From Planctomycetota bacterium (GTDB lineage: Bacteria; Planctomycetota; B15-G4): a stretch of 64,000 bases of DNA. The stretch spans positions 1-64,000 of the forward strand of contig CBDFJQ010000002.1 of NCBI GenBank assembly GCA_965248575.1, given 5' to 3'. How positions within the stretch are numbered: position 1 is the stretch's first letter; every line of letters begins with the position of its first letter. Shown here piece after piece: positions 8,767-17,405 of the stretch. A model generated the notes under the pieces. The model was not told the DNA's origin and searched no databases. It worked only from the letters and a program-made list of their open reading frames with translations. The translations under genes were made by a program, and so were the position numbers.

Positions 8767-10857
8767 CTACTTCGGAGGATCTGCTGAGCTGTCCTGGGTG
8801 CGCTCGGCGGGTGGGGCGTCTACACCTTGGCGCAGGTCCCAGATCTCGGACCCCCTGCTTTCGAAGACTGAGCGCCTGCCAGAGAGGGAGGGCATGACCC
8901 GGCGCCGGATGACGAAGGGGTCCTTGTCCTGGCCCTGTCCCGGTCCCTTGGAGAGCGTCGGGGGCCAGTTGTTCAGCATCAGGTACTGGGCGCCCGACGA
9001 CACGAGGTTTGCCAGCAGTCGCGTGCCGCCGACCCCCACCGGGGCGTCAAACTCCCACCACCAAGAGCGGTCGGCTTGTGGGGCCTCGGTGTGCAAGGCC
9101 TTGCGCCGCGTCCCGTCCTTGTTGACGGCAACGGGGGTGTGCTGCAGCCGGCGGCCAAAGAGCGGGTAGATGAGCGAGTGGCTGGGCGGGTCCCGTGAGT
9201 AGACGGCGATTCGTGAACCGTCAGGGAGCTCTTCCAGCTTCTCCCAACCTGGGCCAAGCACACCGCGATGCCAGCTGTAGAGAGCTTCGGCGGTGAGCTG
9301 CTCCCGGGCGGGGGTGGCGAGGGCGATGCCGGCCAGGGTGAACAGCAGGAGTACGAAGCCGAGCAGGCCAGGCACGCTACGGGCTGGTGCAGCAAGAGGT
9401 CGCTCCCCCTGCGGCTGGGGCAACTTCCGGAGCGGCCAGAGCGAGGGCAACAGAAGCAGCCCGATCATGAACGGGAAGGTGACGTAGCGAATCAGGTAGT
9501 TGGGTTGCGCCTCCGGCCGATTGACGGAGCCGGAGAAAGGCAGCGTCGGGAAGAGCAGCGCATACACCAGACCACAGACGAGCAACAACCGCAGGTGTGC
9601 GCGGGGAGATCTGGGCCCCGGACGGAAGGCGATCACCAGGGCCGCCAAGGCGCCTAGCAACGACGCTAGGCCCAGCGGCAAGGGCCAGGACAGGTGTGCC
9701 TCGAGCAGCGTGCTCCAGGTCTCCCACTCCGCCCAACCTTCCCGAAGAACGGGCATTTGCGAGGTGGCCTGTTGAGCCAGCTTGTCGAACGGACCGTCGA
9801 AGGGGCCCACTTGGGCCGGGAACAAAGGGTTGCCCGTGAGCCAGAGATTGCGGAAGTACCAGAAGCTCCCGGTGAGCAGCGTGCCGAGACCGAACACCAC
9901 CACGCGCACGAAAGCGGAGACACCGGTGGAGGTTCCCGTGGAGGCCGTCGCACGCCGCGGCGCCGCCCACAGCAGACCCACGAGGGCGACGTAGGGCGCG
10001 GCGGTGGGCTTCATGCCCATGGCCAGACCACCGGCCAGGCCGGACAGCAACGCGCGTGCGGTGGGCCGTGACTCTCGCGTGGGCACCCACGTGAAGGCGA
10101 TCATGGCGGAGAGCACGGCCGCCATGGAGAGATCGCCCGAGCTGAAGAAGGCCAGGCGATCCTGGATCTGCGGTGAGAGCAGGAAGCCCGCCAAGGCGAG
10201 CGCGACGAACCAGGGGCGTTGGCCGAGTCGATGGCCGTGGACCGTCCAGGCGCTGATGAGGATGCCGAGCCAGCAGAGCATGGCGAGGTTGGCGTGGGCG
10301 TCGACGCGATGCGCCATCATGAACCACAGCGCGCCGAGCTCGGTCCCCAGCGGGTAGTAGGCCTGGTAGTTGAAGGGCGCCAGCTCGAGGGAGGCGCGTT
10401 GCAGCCACCAGGCCGGTGCCACCGAGTGGTAGGTCAGGCTGTCCCAGGCGAAGAGCGTGCCCGAACCCAGGATGGCCCAGGCGGACCAGGCGCACGCTGC
10501 GGCCACGATCAGGCGCGGGGCCATGGGCCATGAGGCCTGGGAGGGCTGCGAGGGCTCTGCCAACGCGGGAGTCGAGCCAGCAGGGATCTGTTTTTGGAGG
10601 CGGCCGCGGTAGCGGGCCTGGAACACTTCGGCCAGCACCAGGCCCACGAGCAGGGCCGCCAGCGGCCCACCCGAAAGCCAGCCCACGCAGCCCAGGAGCA
10701 GGAGGCTCAGTTGGCACAGGGACGCGAAGACGACGAGCCCACTCAGGGCAAGCTCGCAGCCCCCGGACTGGGGCTGAAGCCGGCGAGCCCAACGGACTGA
10801 CAGCCAAGCGGCCGTGCCGGTGTGGACGACGAACAAAGCTCCTGCCGCAAGATCCAT
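8767..10857 (-). CDS. Polytopic membrane protein, probable GT-C fold glycosyltransferase
   Basis: More than 10 hydrophobic segments; WDSLTYH, YYP, GLAMGMK and WYFRNLWLTGNPLFP are typical of ArnT/GT39-like membrane proteins. Confidence 0.65.
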   Translation of the reverse strand: MDLAAGALFVVHTGTAAWLSVRWARRLQPQSGGCELALSGLVVFASLCQLSLLLLGCVGWLSGGPLAALLVGLVLAEVFQARYRGRLQKQIPAGSTPALAEPSQPSQASWPMAPRLIVAAACAWSAWAILGSGTLFAWDSLTYHSVAPAWWLQRASLELAPFNYQAYYPLGTELGALWFMMAHRVDAHANLAMLCWLGILISAWTVHGHRLGQRPWFVALALAGFLLSPQIQDRLAFFSSGDLSMAAVLSAMIAFTWVPTRESRPTARALLSGLAGGLAMGMKPTAAPYVALVGLLWAAPRRATASTGTSTGVSAFVRVVVFGLGTLLTGSFWYFRNLWLTGNPLFPAQVGPFDGPFDKLAQQATSQMPVLREGWAEWETWSTLLEAHLSWPLPLGLASLLGALAALVIAFRPGPRSPRAHLRLLLVCGLVYALLFPTLPFSGSVNRPEAQPNYLIRYVTFPFMIGLLLLPSLWPLRKLPQPQGERPLAAPARSVPGLLGFVLLLFTLAGIALATPAREQLTAEALYSWHRGVLGPGWEKLEELPDGSRIAVYSRDPPSHSLIYPLFGRRLQHTPVAVNKDGTRRKALHTEAPQADRSWWWEFDAPVGVGGTRLLANLVSSGAQYLMLNNWPPTLSKGPGQGQDKDPFVIRRRVMPSLSGRRSVFESRGSEIWDLRQGVDAPPAERTQDSSADPPK

Positions 10858-10923
10858 TCCGGAAGGCTAACGCAGGACGTGCCCCTGGCCAGCGCCTTGG
10901 CGGAATAAGCCAAGCGCCCCTGG

Positions 10924-12576
10924 CTAGAACTCAGGCCCGACCACTCCCTGCGGGAACTCGACCAGAGAGGGCGTCGCGCTCCAAACGGCCCGCACGCGCA
11001 TATCGGGTCGCCACTCGTCCACAGGCTTGTTGAGCTGAACCTGCAAGCTTCCGCCCGGGGGCAGGTAGACATGGAAGGGGAGGCAGTATGTCGAGAAGCC
11101 TAGCTGTACCGGCGTGGGGAAGGGCTCACTCTCTCGCTCAGGGAAGAGGTAGAAACGGCCGGTGATGAGCCCGACCAGTGGGCGCTTGCTTGGGTTGCTC
11201 AGATGCAGGGACTGCGAGTCACCATCGGGGAGCAGTTCCGTGATGGGACGTTTCGCTGAGACATCCGTCCAGAAGGCGGCGAGTCCCATACGCAGCGCCA
11301 GAGGTAGTGCTACTTGAAAGGGATTGTCGGTGGTGAGGTATCGGAACGCCTCGTCTGCGGTGGCATCCAACAGCTCCATCAACGTACGGAATTCCAGGAG
11401 CTCATGGGCGTGCGCGATGTGCTGGCCACCATCCTTGGTGTGGGTGTCCAGCCAACCCTGTGTCAGCACACCAGCGTGGCCTTCGTAGGGGCTCATCATG
11501 GATGAGATGGGCGCGTCGAGCCTCTCCTCCTGGTACTGGTGGGCGATCTCGTGGGCGAGAGATTCGTCCAACTGCTCAAGAGTGGACGCGTGGCCGCCGG
11601 GGCGCTGGACGACGTAGATCACGGGGCCTTCGGGTGACCAGGCGGCCACGCGCTCCACATGTTCTGTCATCTGGTCGTGTCGCGCTTGCGGCAGGGGGGC
11701 AGGTGAATCCTGCTGTTCCTGGGCGAGCTGCAGGAACTTCTCAAGCAGCTGGTCGGGTTGGATCCAGCGCACTTCGAGCTGCATCTCCGGCGTCCATCCC
11801 AGCATCTGCGCCATCTGCAGTTGAACGGCGTGCGCACGCTCGGTGAGCTCTTGGTTCGTGAGGGCCAGCACCTGCGCTGCGGAGTCGAGGGCGCGCTCCC
11901 GTTCGTCCCGCCAACTCTTGAGCACCCGAACACCCCGTGCATTCTCATGAGGTGACGCCAGGATCGTCCGGGTAAACAGCCGCGGATCATCCAGGACGCT
12001 GTGTCCGAAAACACCCCAGCCACGGAGCAAGATTTCCGCCGAGATGTCTTGCGGCAAACCGAGGCTTGAGGCGCGTGTCAGTTGAACAAGGCGATACCCA
12101 TCGTGGCTGACGACGTCCTCTCCCACGAGCACGTTGAGCAGCCAGGAGTGCTCCACCAATTCGCCCTGCCGAAGGAACTCTTCGACTCTCGGTACGGCGG
12201 TGGCGCGCAGGTAGGCGTTCACTTCATCCGGAAAGCTGGGGTGCGTTCCCTGCACACCCCAGAGGGCGACCGTCTCGATCCCCCGATGGGTCTCGAGCTT
12301 CAGGAGATGGGAGTCAACGACCTCGATCAGCCGCACCGCACGGGCGTCGGCGTTGAAGCGCACGGAGATCACCTGCGAGACGTAGTGCTCGTCGGCGATC
12401 GCCCTGAGGTCGACGGCGTCTTCCGGGTCGATGGTCCGCGCGTCGAGGGAGATCCAGGGTGCACGTCGAACCGGGAAGGTGAGCCCAGGGACATCCGGAA
12501 ACGGCTCCCCTGGCGAGTACAGCACCGTCAGCACCATCGCACCGAGCAAGCCGAGCAGCCGCTGCGCGATGGTCAT
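10924..12576 (-). CDS. Exported protein with SNase-like region and HExxH zinc-metallopeptidase motif
   Basis: N-terminal hydrophobic segment; LAHEIAHQYQ (aa 340-349) followed by YEGHA; aa 81-190 resemble a thermonuclease fold. Confidence 0.55.
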   Translation of the reverse strand: MTIAQRLLGLLGAMVLTVLYSPGEPFPDVPGLTFPVRRAPWISLDARTIDPEDAVDLRAIADEHYVSQVISVRFNADARAVRLIEVVDSHLLKLETHRGIETVALWGVQGTHPSFPDEVNAYLRATAVPRVEEFLRQGELVEHSWLLNVLVGEDVVSHDGYRLVQLTRASSLGLPQDISAEILLRGWGVFGHSVLDDPRLFTRTILASPHENARGVRVLKSWRDERERALDSAAQVLALTNQELTERAHAVQLQMAQMLGWTPEMQLEVRWIQPDQLLEKFLQLAQEQQDSPAPLPQARHDQMTEHVERVAAWSPEGPVIYVVQRPGGHASTLEQLDESLAHEIAHQYQEERLDAPISSMMSPYEGHAGVLTQGWLDTHTKDGGQHIAHAHELLEFRTLMELLDATADEAFRYLTTDNPFQVALPLALRMGLAAFWTDVSAKRPITELLPDGDSQSLHLSNPSKRPLVGLITGRFYLFPERESEPFPTPVQLGFSTYCLPFHVYLPPGGSLQVQLNKPVDEWRPDMRVRAVWSATPSLVEFPQGVVGPEF

Positions 12577-12581
12577 GCTGG

Positions 12582-13679
12582 CTAGTCCCCTAGGAGGCGT
12601 GCCCTGATGCTGCGTGCTTCTCCAGCGTCCTTCGTGTTGCCCACGATCACCCGGCCATCGGAAAAGAGCAAGAGCCGGCGGTCGTCGGCGTCGAGGCGCA
12701 CGAGGAAGCGGCTACGGGTGACGGTGCCCTCGCTGGCCAGGCGCGCGGCGGCGGCGTCGAGGTCGATCGGGGCGCCGGTGGGGGGCAGTTGCATCGCGTC
12801 GCGGCCGCAGAGTTCGGTGGGCGTGGCGGCGGCGGGGCTGTCCAGGAAGCGGTGCTCGTGGCGTTGGCAACAGGCGCAGTCCGGGTCCACGGGCAAGCCG
12901 ATGGCGCGCAGTTCGGCGCGCCAACCATCCACGACAATGACCTCGCCGACCCGTGTGTCCTCACTGCCCACCAAGAGCTTGATGGCTTCGGTGGCGGCCA
13001 GGCTGCCGATCAACGAGACGACGCTGCCGAGCACACCCGCCGTGTCGCAGGTGGGCAGGGCGCCGGGGGCTGGCAACTCCGGCACATAGCAGCGCAGGCA
13101 GGCCGAGCCTGGGCGCACCACCAGCAGTTGGCCCTCGATGCCGACCACGCCGCAGTAGATCCAAGGGCGTTGGGCGCGCACGCAGAGGTCGTTGACGAGC
13201 ATGCGCGTGGGGAAGTTGTCCGTGCCGTCGAGCACGAGGTCGACGTCGCCCAGCAGGTCTTCGGCGTTGTCGGCCACGAGGTCCGTGACCGCCGGCTGCA
13301 CGGCAAGGCCCGGGTCGATGGCGCGCAGGGCATTGGCCGCCGCCTCCGCCTTGGGCCGCACGCTCATCACATCGTCCGTGGTGAACAAGGTCTGACGCGG
13401 GAGGTTGGACAGCTCCACCACATCGCGATCGATGAGCCGCAGGAAGCCGCCAACCCTGCCGTCCGGGCGTTGCGCGTCGCCGCGACCGACACCAGCCCGG
13501 CCGAGGATCGAGGCGAGGTGACTGCCTGTGGCACCCACACCCACGATGGCCACGCGCGCGGCGCCGAGCCGTGCTTGGCCTGCGGCGGCGATCTGCGGCA
13601 GGCGCTCCTGGCGGATGAAACGCTCACCGTCGTCGGTGTTGCCGGCCCCGCTTCCGCCATCCGTTGAGCTCGCGGTCAC
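12582..13679 (-). CDS. ThiF/MoeB family adenylyltransferase
   Basis: Motifs IVGVGATG, LIDRDVVELSNLPRQ, DGTDNF.TR, CLRC, TCDT.GV and CACC; strong RBS AGGAGG upstream. Confidence 0.93.
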   Translation of the reverse strand: MTASSTDGGSGAGNTDDGERFIRQERLPQIAAAGQARLGAARVAIVGVGATGSHLASILGRAGVGRGDAQRPDGRVGGFLRLIDRDVVELSNLPRQTLFTTDDVMSVRPKAEAAANALRAIDPGLAVQPAVTDLVADNAEDLLGDVDLVLDGTDNFPTRMLVNDLCVRAQRPWIYCGVVGIEGQLLVVRPGSACLRCYVPELPAPGALPTCDTAGVLGSVVSLIGSLAATEAIKLLVGSEDTRVGEVIVVDGWRAELRAIGLPVDPDCACCQRHEHRFLDSPAAATPTELCGRDAMQLPPTGAPIDLDAAAARLASEGTVTRSRFLVRLDADDRRLLLFSDGRVIVGNTKDAGEARSIRARLLGD

Positions 13680-13703
13680 GCCACGCTCCTCCTGTCCCGG
13701 GCC

Positions 13704-14663
13704 CTAGCGGCAGCGCTCGATGCGTTGGCGCTGTTTGGCGAAGCCCGTCCCGCTGGCCATGACTTCGTTGAGAAAGCGGCGACCGTCCGTGCCGTAGCCG
13801 GCGCTGGGCTTGAGGCCCTCCAGCTTGCCGGTGAACCACTCGTTGAAGCAGTCCATGAACAGCTCGCGCACGGTCTTGGCGGCGACGGAGGCCAGGGCCA
13901 CGGGGGCCCGGCGGCCATCGGCCTTGACCCGGAAGTCGATGCGCACCGGGCTGCGCCCCGGCCAGGCCAGGTGGTACTGCGAGCTTTCTCGCCGCTCGTG
14001 CACCGTGCGCAGGGGCGCCATGGGGTAGAAGGTCTGGAGCAGGTCGCCGTAGTGGATGCGCCCACCCTGCCGGTCGACGTGGATGATCAGCTCGTCGTCC
14101 GGAAATCGGGCCACCAGCGCCTCGATCAGACGGCCCGTGGTGTGGAAGAGCGTCCAGGCCTTGCTGCCCGCCGCGTTGGTGAGCCGGTTGAAGCGCGGCA
14201 CGAGTACCGGGGCCAGAAAGAGGTCCTCGAAGCGAGCACCCCGTTCGGCGAGATGGGCACCATGCCACTCGATGCGTTGCAGGACGTCGTCGAGGGAGGC
14301 TACGCGCGGCAAGCGCATGCTGAGCATGCGGCCGGCGTACCACGGCAACTCCTCCACCTCGGCGGGGGTCAGGTCGATGGCGCCCGCAGCCAGGCTGTCG
14401 AAGCGCACCGGCATGGCGCCCCGCGCAAGAGCCATGTGGCCCAAGGTCGAGGTCTCGATGCGCATGATGGTGCCGCCCGAGTGATAGAGCTGCTTGCTGT
14501 CGGCGGTGGGCAGGCCGGAGGCGAGCACGCTCTTCTCGCGCACGATGCGATCGAGGTCGGCCTCCTTGGCGCCCGGCTCCAGGCGGTAGGCAGAGGCCGC
14601 TACCACCAACGGTCCGACGAAGGGCCCATAACCCGCCTCGTCGATGCCGGCCACGACGGTCAC
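13704..14663 (-). CDS. rnhB: Ribonuclease HII
   Basis: Motifs AGIDEAGYGPFVGPLVV, DSKQL, KADG and VALASVAAK. GTG start overlaps the lgt stop (GTGA at 14660-14663). Confidence 0.85.
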   Translation of the reverse strand: MTVVAGIDEAGYGPFVGPLVVAASAYRLEPGAKEADLDRIVREKSVLASGLPTADSKQLYHSGGTIMRIETSTLGHMALARGAMPVRFDSLAAGAIDLTPAEVEELPWYAGRMLSMRLPRVASLDDVLQRIEWHGAHLAERGARFEDLFLAPVLVPRFNRLTNAAGSKAWTLFHTTGRLIEALVARFPDDELIIHVDRQGGRIHYGDLLQTFYPMAPLRTVHERRESSQYHLAWPGRSPVRIDFRVKADGRRAPVALASVAAKTVRELFMDCFNEWFTGKLEGLKPSAGYGTDGRRFLNEVMASGTGFAKQRQRIERCR

Positions 14664-15529
14664 GCCGCGGCCGCTCCCTTCTGGGTGTCCGCATCGTCGG
14701 AGCCGCCCGCGCCCGGCGGGGGCGTGCAGCCCTGGGTCAGCGGGCCGTTGCGCAGCCGGATCAGCATCAGGATGCCGATCACCGCCGTGCCGATGCTGAC
14801 CCACTGGGAGGTGCTGAAGGCGCCGTAGATGCCCCGCGCGCCATCGTCACCCCGGGTCATCTCCACCAAGAAGCGGCCGATGGCATAGAGGATCAGACCG
14901 ATGCCGAAGACCTGGCCGTCGAACTTGCGACGCCGGGCGATGGTGATGCAGGTGAGGAACAGCACCACGTTCATGAGCGAGAGGTAGATCTGGCTCGGGT
15001 GCAGGGGGATGCCCACCAGGTCGGCGGGGATCAGGCTGTCGGGCACACCGCTGAACGTGATGGCCCAGGCGCCGTCCCAGGGGGCGCCGTGGTCGTCACC
15101 GACGAGCAGGCAGCCGATGCGGCCGAACACCTGGCCCAGGAAGAGGGCCGGGAGCGCGCCGTCCCCCAGTCGCGCGAAGGGGATCTTCCAGCGGCGAGCA
15201 AAGAACCAGGCGCCCAGGGCGCCGCCGAAGAAGCCTCCGTAGGAAACAATGCCGCCCTTCCAGACCGCGATCAGGGAGACGAGGTTTTCGTAGGCCTCCG
15301 GGTGCACGACCAGGTAGAGCATGCGCGCACCGATGAAGCCGAAGATGAGCGCGTTGCGGGTCAGGTGATCCACGGCACCGGGGTGGTTCACCCCTTGTGC
15401 TCGCAGGGCGCGGCCGGTCCACCAGGCCGCCATGAGCACCCCGATCAGGACCATCACGCTGAAGGACCGCAGGGCGTTGCCACCCAGCAGCGGGATGGAG
15501 TCCGGGAAGCGGTACAGGATCGGATGCAT
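14660..15529 (-). CDS. lgt: Prolipoprotein diacylglyceryl transferase
   Basis: Motifs MHPILY, GARMLY, WKGG..YGG, GRIGC, LHPSQIY and RF.VE..RGD. Confidence 0.95.
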   Translation of the reverse strand: MHPILYRFPDSIPLLGGNALRSFSVMVLIGVLMAAWWTGRALRAQGVNHPGAVDHLTRNALIFGFIGARMLYLVVHPEAYENLVSLIAVWKGGIVSYGGFFGGALGAWFFARRWKIPFARLGDGALPALFLGQVFGRIGCLLVGDDHGAPWDGAWAITFSGVPDSLIPADLVGIPLHPSQIYLSLMNVVLFLTCITIARRRKFDGQVFGIGLILYAIGRFLVEMTRGDDGARGIYGAFSTSQWVSIGTAVIGILMLIRLRNGPLTQGCTPPPGAGGSDDADTQKGAAAA

Positions 15530-15631
15530 GAGCGGAGGGCTGAGGAAGCGTGGGTGGTCGAGGGGGCGCTCGCGGCGGGCGCCGGTGTTGCGCGCCGCAG
15601 CAGCGCGCCAGTGTAGGGCTGGGGTGCTGCG

Positions 15632-16114
15632 CTAGATGGACGCGCCGATGATTTCGCCTTCGAACACGAGGCGATCCTGCACGAAGGCTTGGGTGGCGAA
15701 GCGAGCGAGCTTGCGACGCACGCGCGTGGCACGCGCCATGAGCAACAAGCGGTCGCCGGGCAACACCTGGCCGCGGAAGCGTGCGCTCTCCAAACCGGCG
15801 AAGCCGAACAGGCCGCCTTCGTCCTGGGACACGATCCAGGCAGAGATGAAGGCCGACAGTTGGGCCGCTGCTTCGACGATCACCACGCCCGGCATCAGGG
15901 GGCGGCCGGGGATGTGGCCGCGCACCCAGAAGTCCTGGTCGGTGGTGTCGTGGTAACCGATCGCGAAGTGCTCTTCGGGGTCGTGCTTCACCACCGCCTG
16001 CAGGAGGGCCATCTCGTGTCGCTGCGGGATGCGTTCCTGCACCGCGGCGAGGTCGTAGACGGGTGGCGCATCGACCCACTCGAGAGGGTCAGCCAGCAGC
16101 TTGTACGTGCCCAT
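15632..16114 (-). CDS. fabZ: 3-hydroxyacyl-ACP dehydratase (FabZ/FabA family)
   Basis: Motifs IPQR, FWVRGHIPGRPLMPGV..EAAAQ and RFRGQVLPGD. Confidence 0.88.
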   Translation of the reverse strand: MGTYKLLADPLEWVDAPPVYDLAAVQERIPQRHEMALLQAVVKHDPEEHFAIGYHDTTDQDFWVRGHIPGRPLMPGVVIVEAAAQLSAFISAWIVSQDEGGLFGFAGLESARFRGQVLPGDRLLLMARATRVRRKLARFATQAFVQDRLVFEGEIIGASI

Positions 16115-16185
16115 GGGTGGAAGCAGTCCTCCGGCCGATGCGTGTCGAGCGACGCCGGATGATAGGCAAAGCAGGTGCTGCGGGG

Positions 16186-17322
16186 CTACGGCTGCCGGTC
16201 CGGAAGCTTCAGCCAGCGCACCTCTTGCGTGCTACCTCCCAGCAGCTGCACCACATCCTTCGCGCTTCCGTGCTGCCGATGGGAGGCGCTCACGGTGTAG
16301 GTGCCGTCCGGCAGGTGCTCCAGGAGCAGCAATCCGTTCTCGTTGGTGAGCCCCCGGGCGAAGTGGGCCGTCTGGCTACGGGCCTCCACCAGGGCTCCCT
16401 GCACGGGGTCCCCGGTCTCCGTCTCGACCCGGATCGTGAGCTCGTGGCGTGGGGTCAGGTACAGCTCGATCTGGACTGTGTTTCCCGAGACACGTAGGCC
16501 GCCCTGGCGATCCTCCGTGTTGTTGAGCTCATGCAGCGACACGGCGTAGTCACCGGGGCCCAGGGGGGAGAAGTTGAAGCGCCCGTCGGCACCGCTGGTG
16601 GCGGTACGGACCTTCGGCATCTTGCCCTCGGGACCGAACAGCTCCGTCACGTGCAGGAAGGCCTTGACCCCCACCACGGGGCTGAGCGTGTTGTCCAGGA
16701 CCAGGCCGGATATGCCCGGGCCACGGCTGAGAGCGAGCGGGACCGGTGTGCGTTTGAGCCCCGGGCTCGGCATGTCCGCTAGGACGCCCGGCTCGTAGCC
16801 CGTGGCCATGACCACCACATCCCAGCGCCCGGGCGGCCGTTTCAGGAAGAAGACTCCGGTGCGCTCATGGAAGGGGTGGCTCAGCGCTTGCGCCAGCCGC
16901 TCCAACGGGTCCCCCGGGGCGGCTTCCAGGGCGTAGACCTGGAAGATGGGGACGGGCTTGCCACTGGCTTCATCGGTCACGGCCACCAGCAGGCCTTCAC
17001 GTCCCTGTGGGGCCGGAGGCTCCGCATCCAGGGCTCGGGGGCGCGCCTCGGAGCCCCCGGATGTGGAGGGATCGGGTGCTACGGGCAGTTCCGTGGACGG
17101 CTCGGCCAGAGCCGATGGCGATGACCTTTGCGCGGGATCGGGGGCAGATTCCAACGCCGACCCACTGCTCAGCGTCCAAAGCGTCCATCCGAGCAGGGCG
17201 ACCACCGCCGCGCCCAGGAGACTGGCGGCCGTGATCGCTGGTTGACGGGGTCGACGGGGGCCGGGGCGTTGTCCCCGTCCTGTTCGACCTCGCGCTGTGG
17301 GCTGTCCTTTGGGATGGGCCAT
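16186..17322 (-). CDS. Membrane-anchored carboxypeptidase-regulatory-like domain protein
   Basis: TM helix, Pro/Ser linker, and repeated beta-sandwich motifs (ISGLVLD, ADGRF...LGPGDY, LPDGTYTVSASH). Start codon uncertain. Confidence 0.75.
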   Translation of the reverse strand: MAHPKGQPTARGRTGRGQRPGPRRPRQPAITAASLLGAAVVALLGWTLWTLSSGSALESAPDPAQRSSPSALAEPSTELPVAPDPSTSGGSEARPRALDAEPPAPQGREGLLVAVTDEASGKPVPIFQVYALEAAPGDPLERLAQALSHPFHERTGVFFLKRPPGRWDVVVMATGYEPGVLADMPSPGLKRTPVPLALSRGPGISGLVLDNTLSPVVGVKAFLHVTELFGPEGKMPKVRTATSGADGRFNFSPLGPGDYAVSLHELNNTEDRQGGLRVSGNTVQIELYLTPRHELTIRVETETGDPVQGALVEARSQTAHFARGLTNENGLLLLEHLPDGTYTVSASHRQHGSAKDVVQLLGGSTQEVRWLKLPDRQP

Positions 17323-17405
17323 GGGGTTCGCTGGAAGCGTGGTGGGCTGCACCTTATCTTGCCGGCTGCTTGGATCCCTCCTCCGACGATTCGGAAACCT
17401 GTCCC

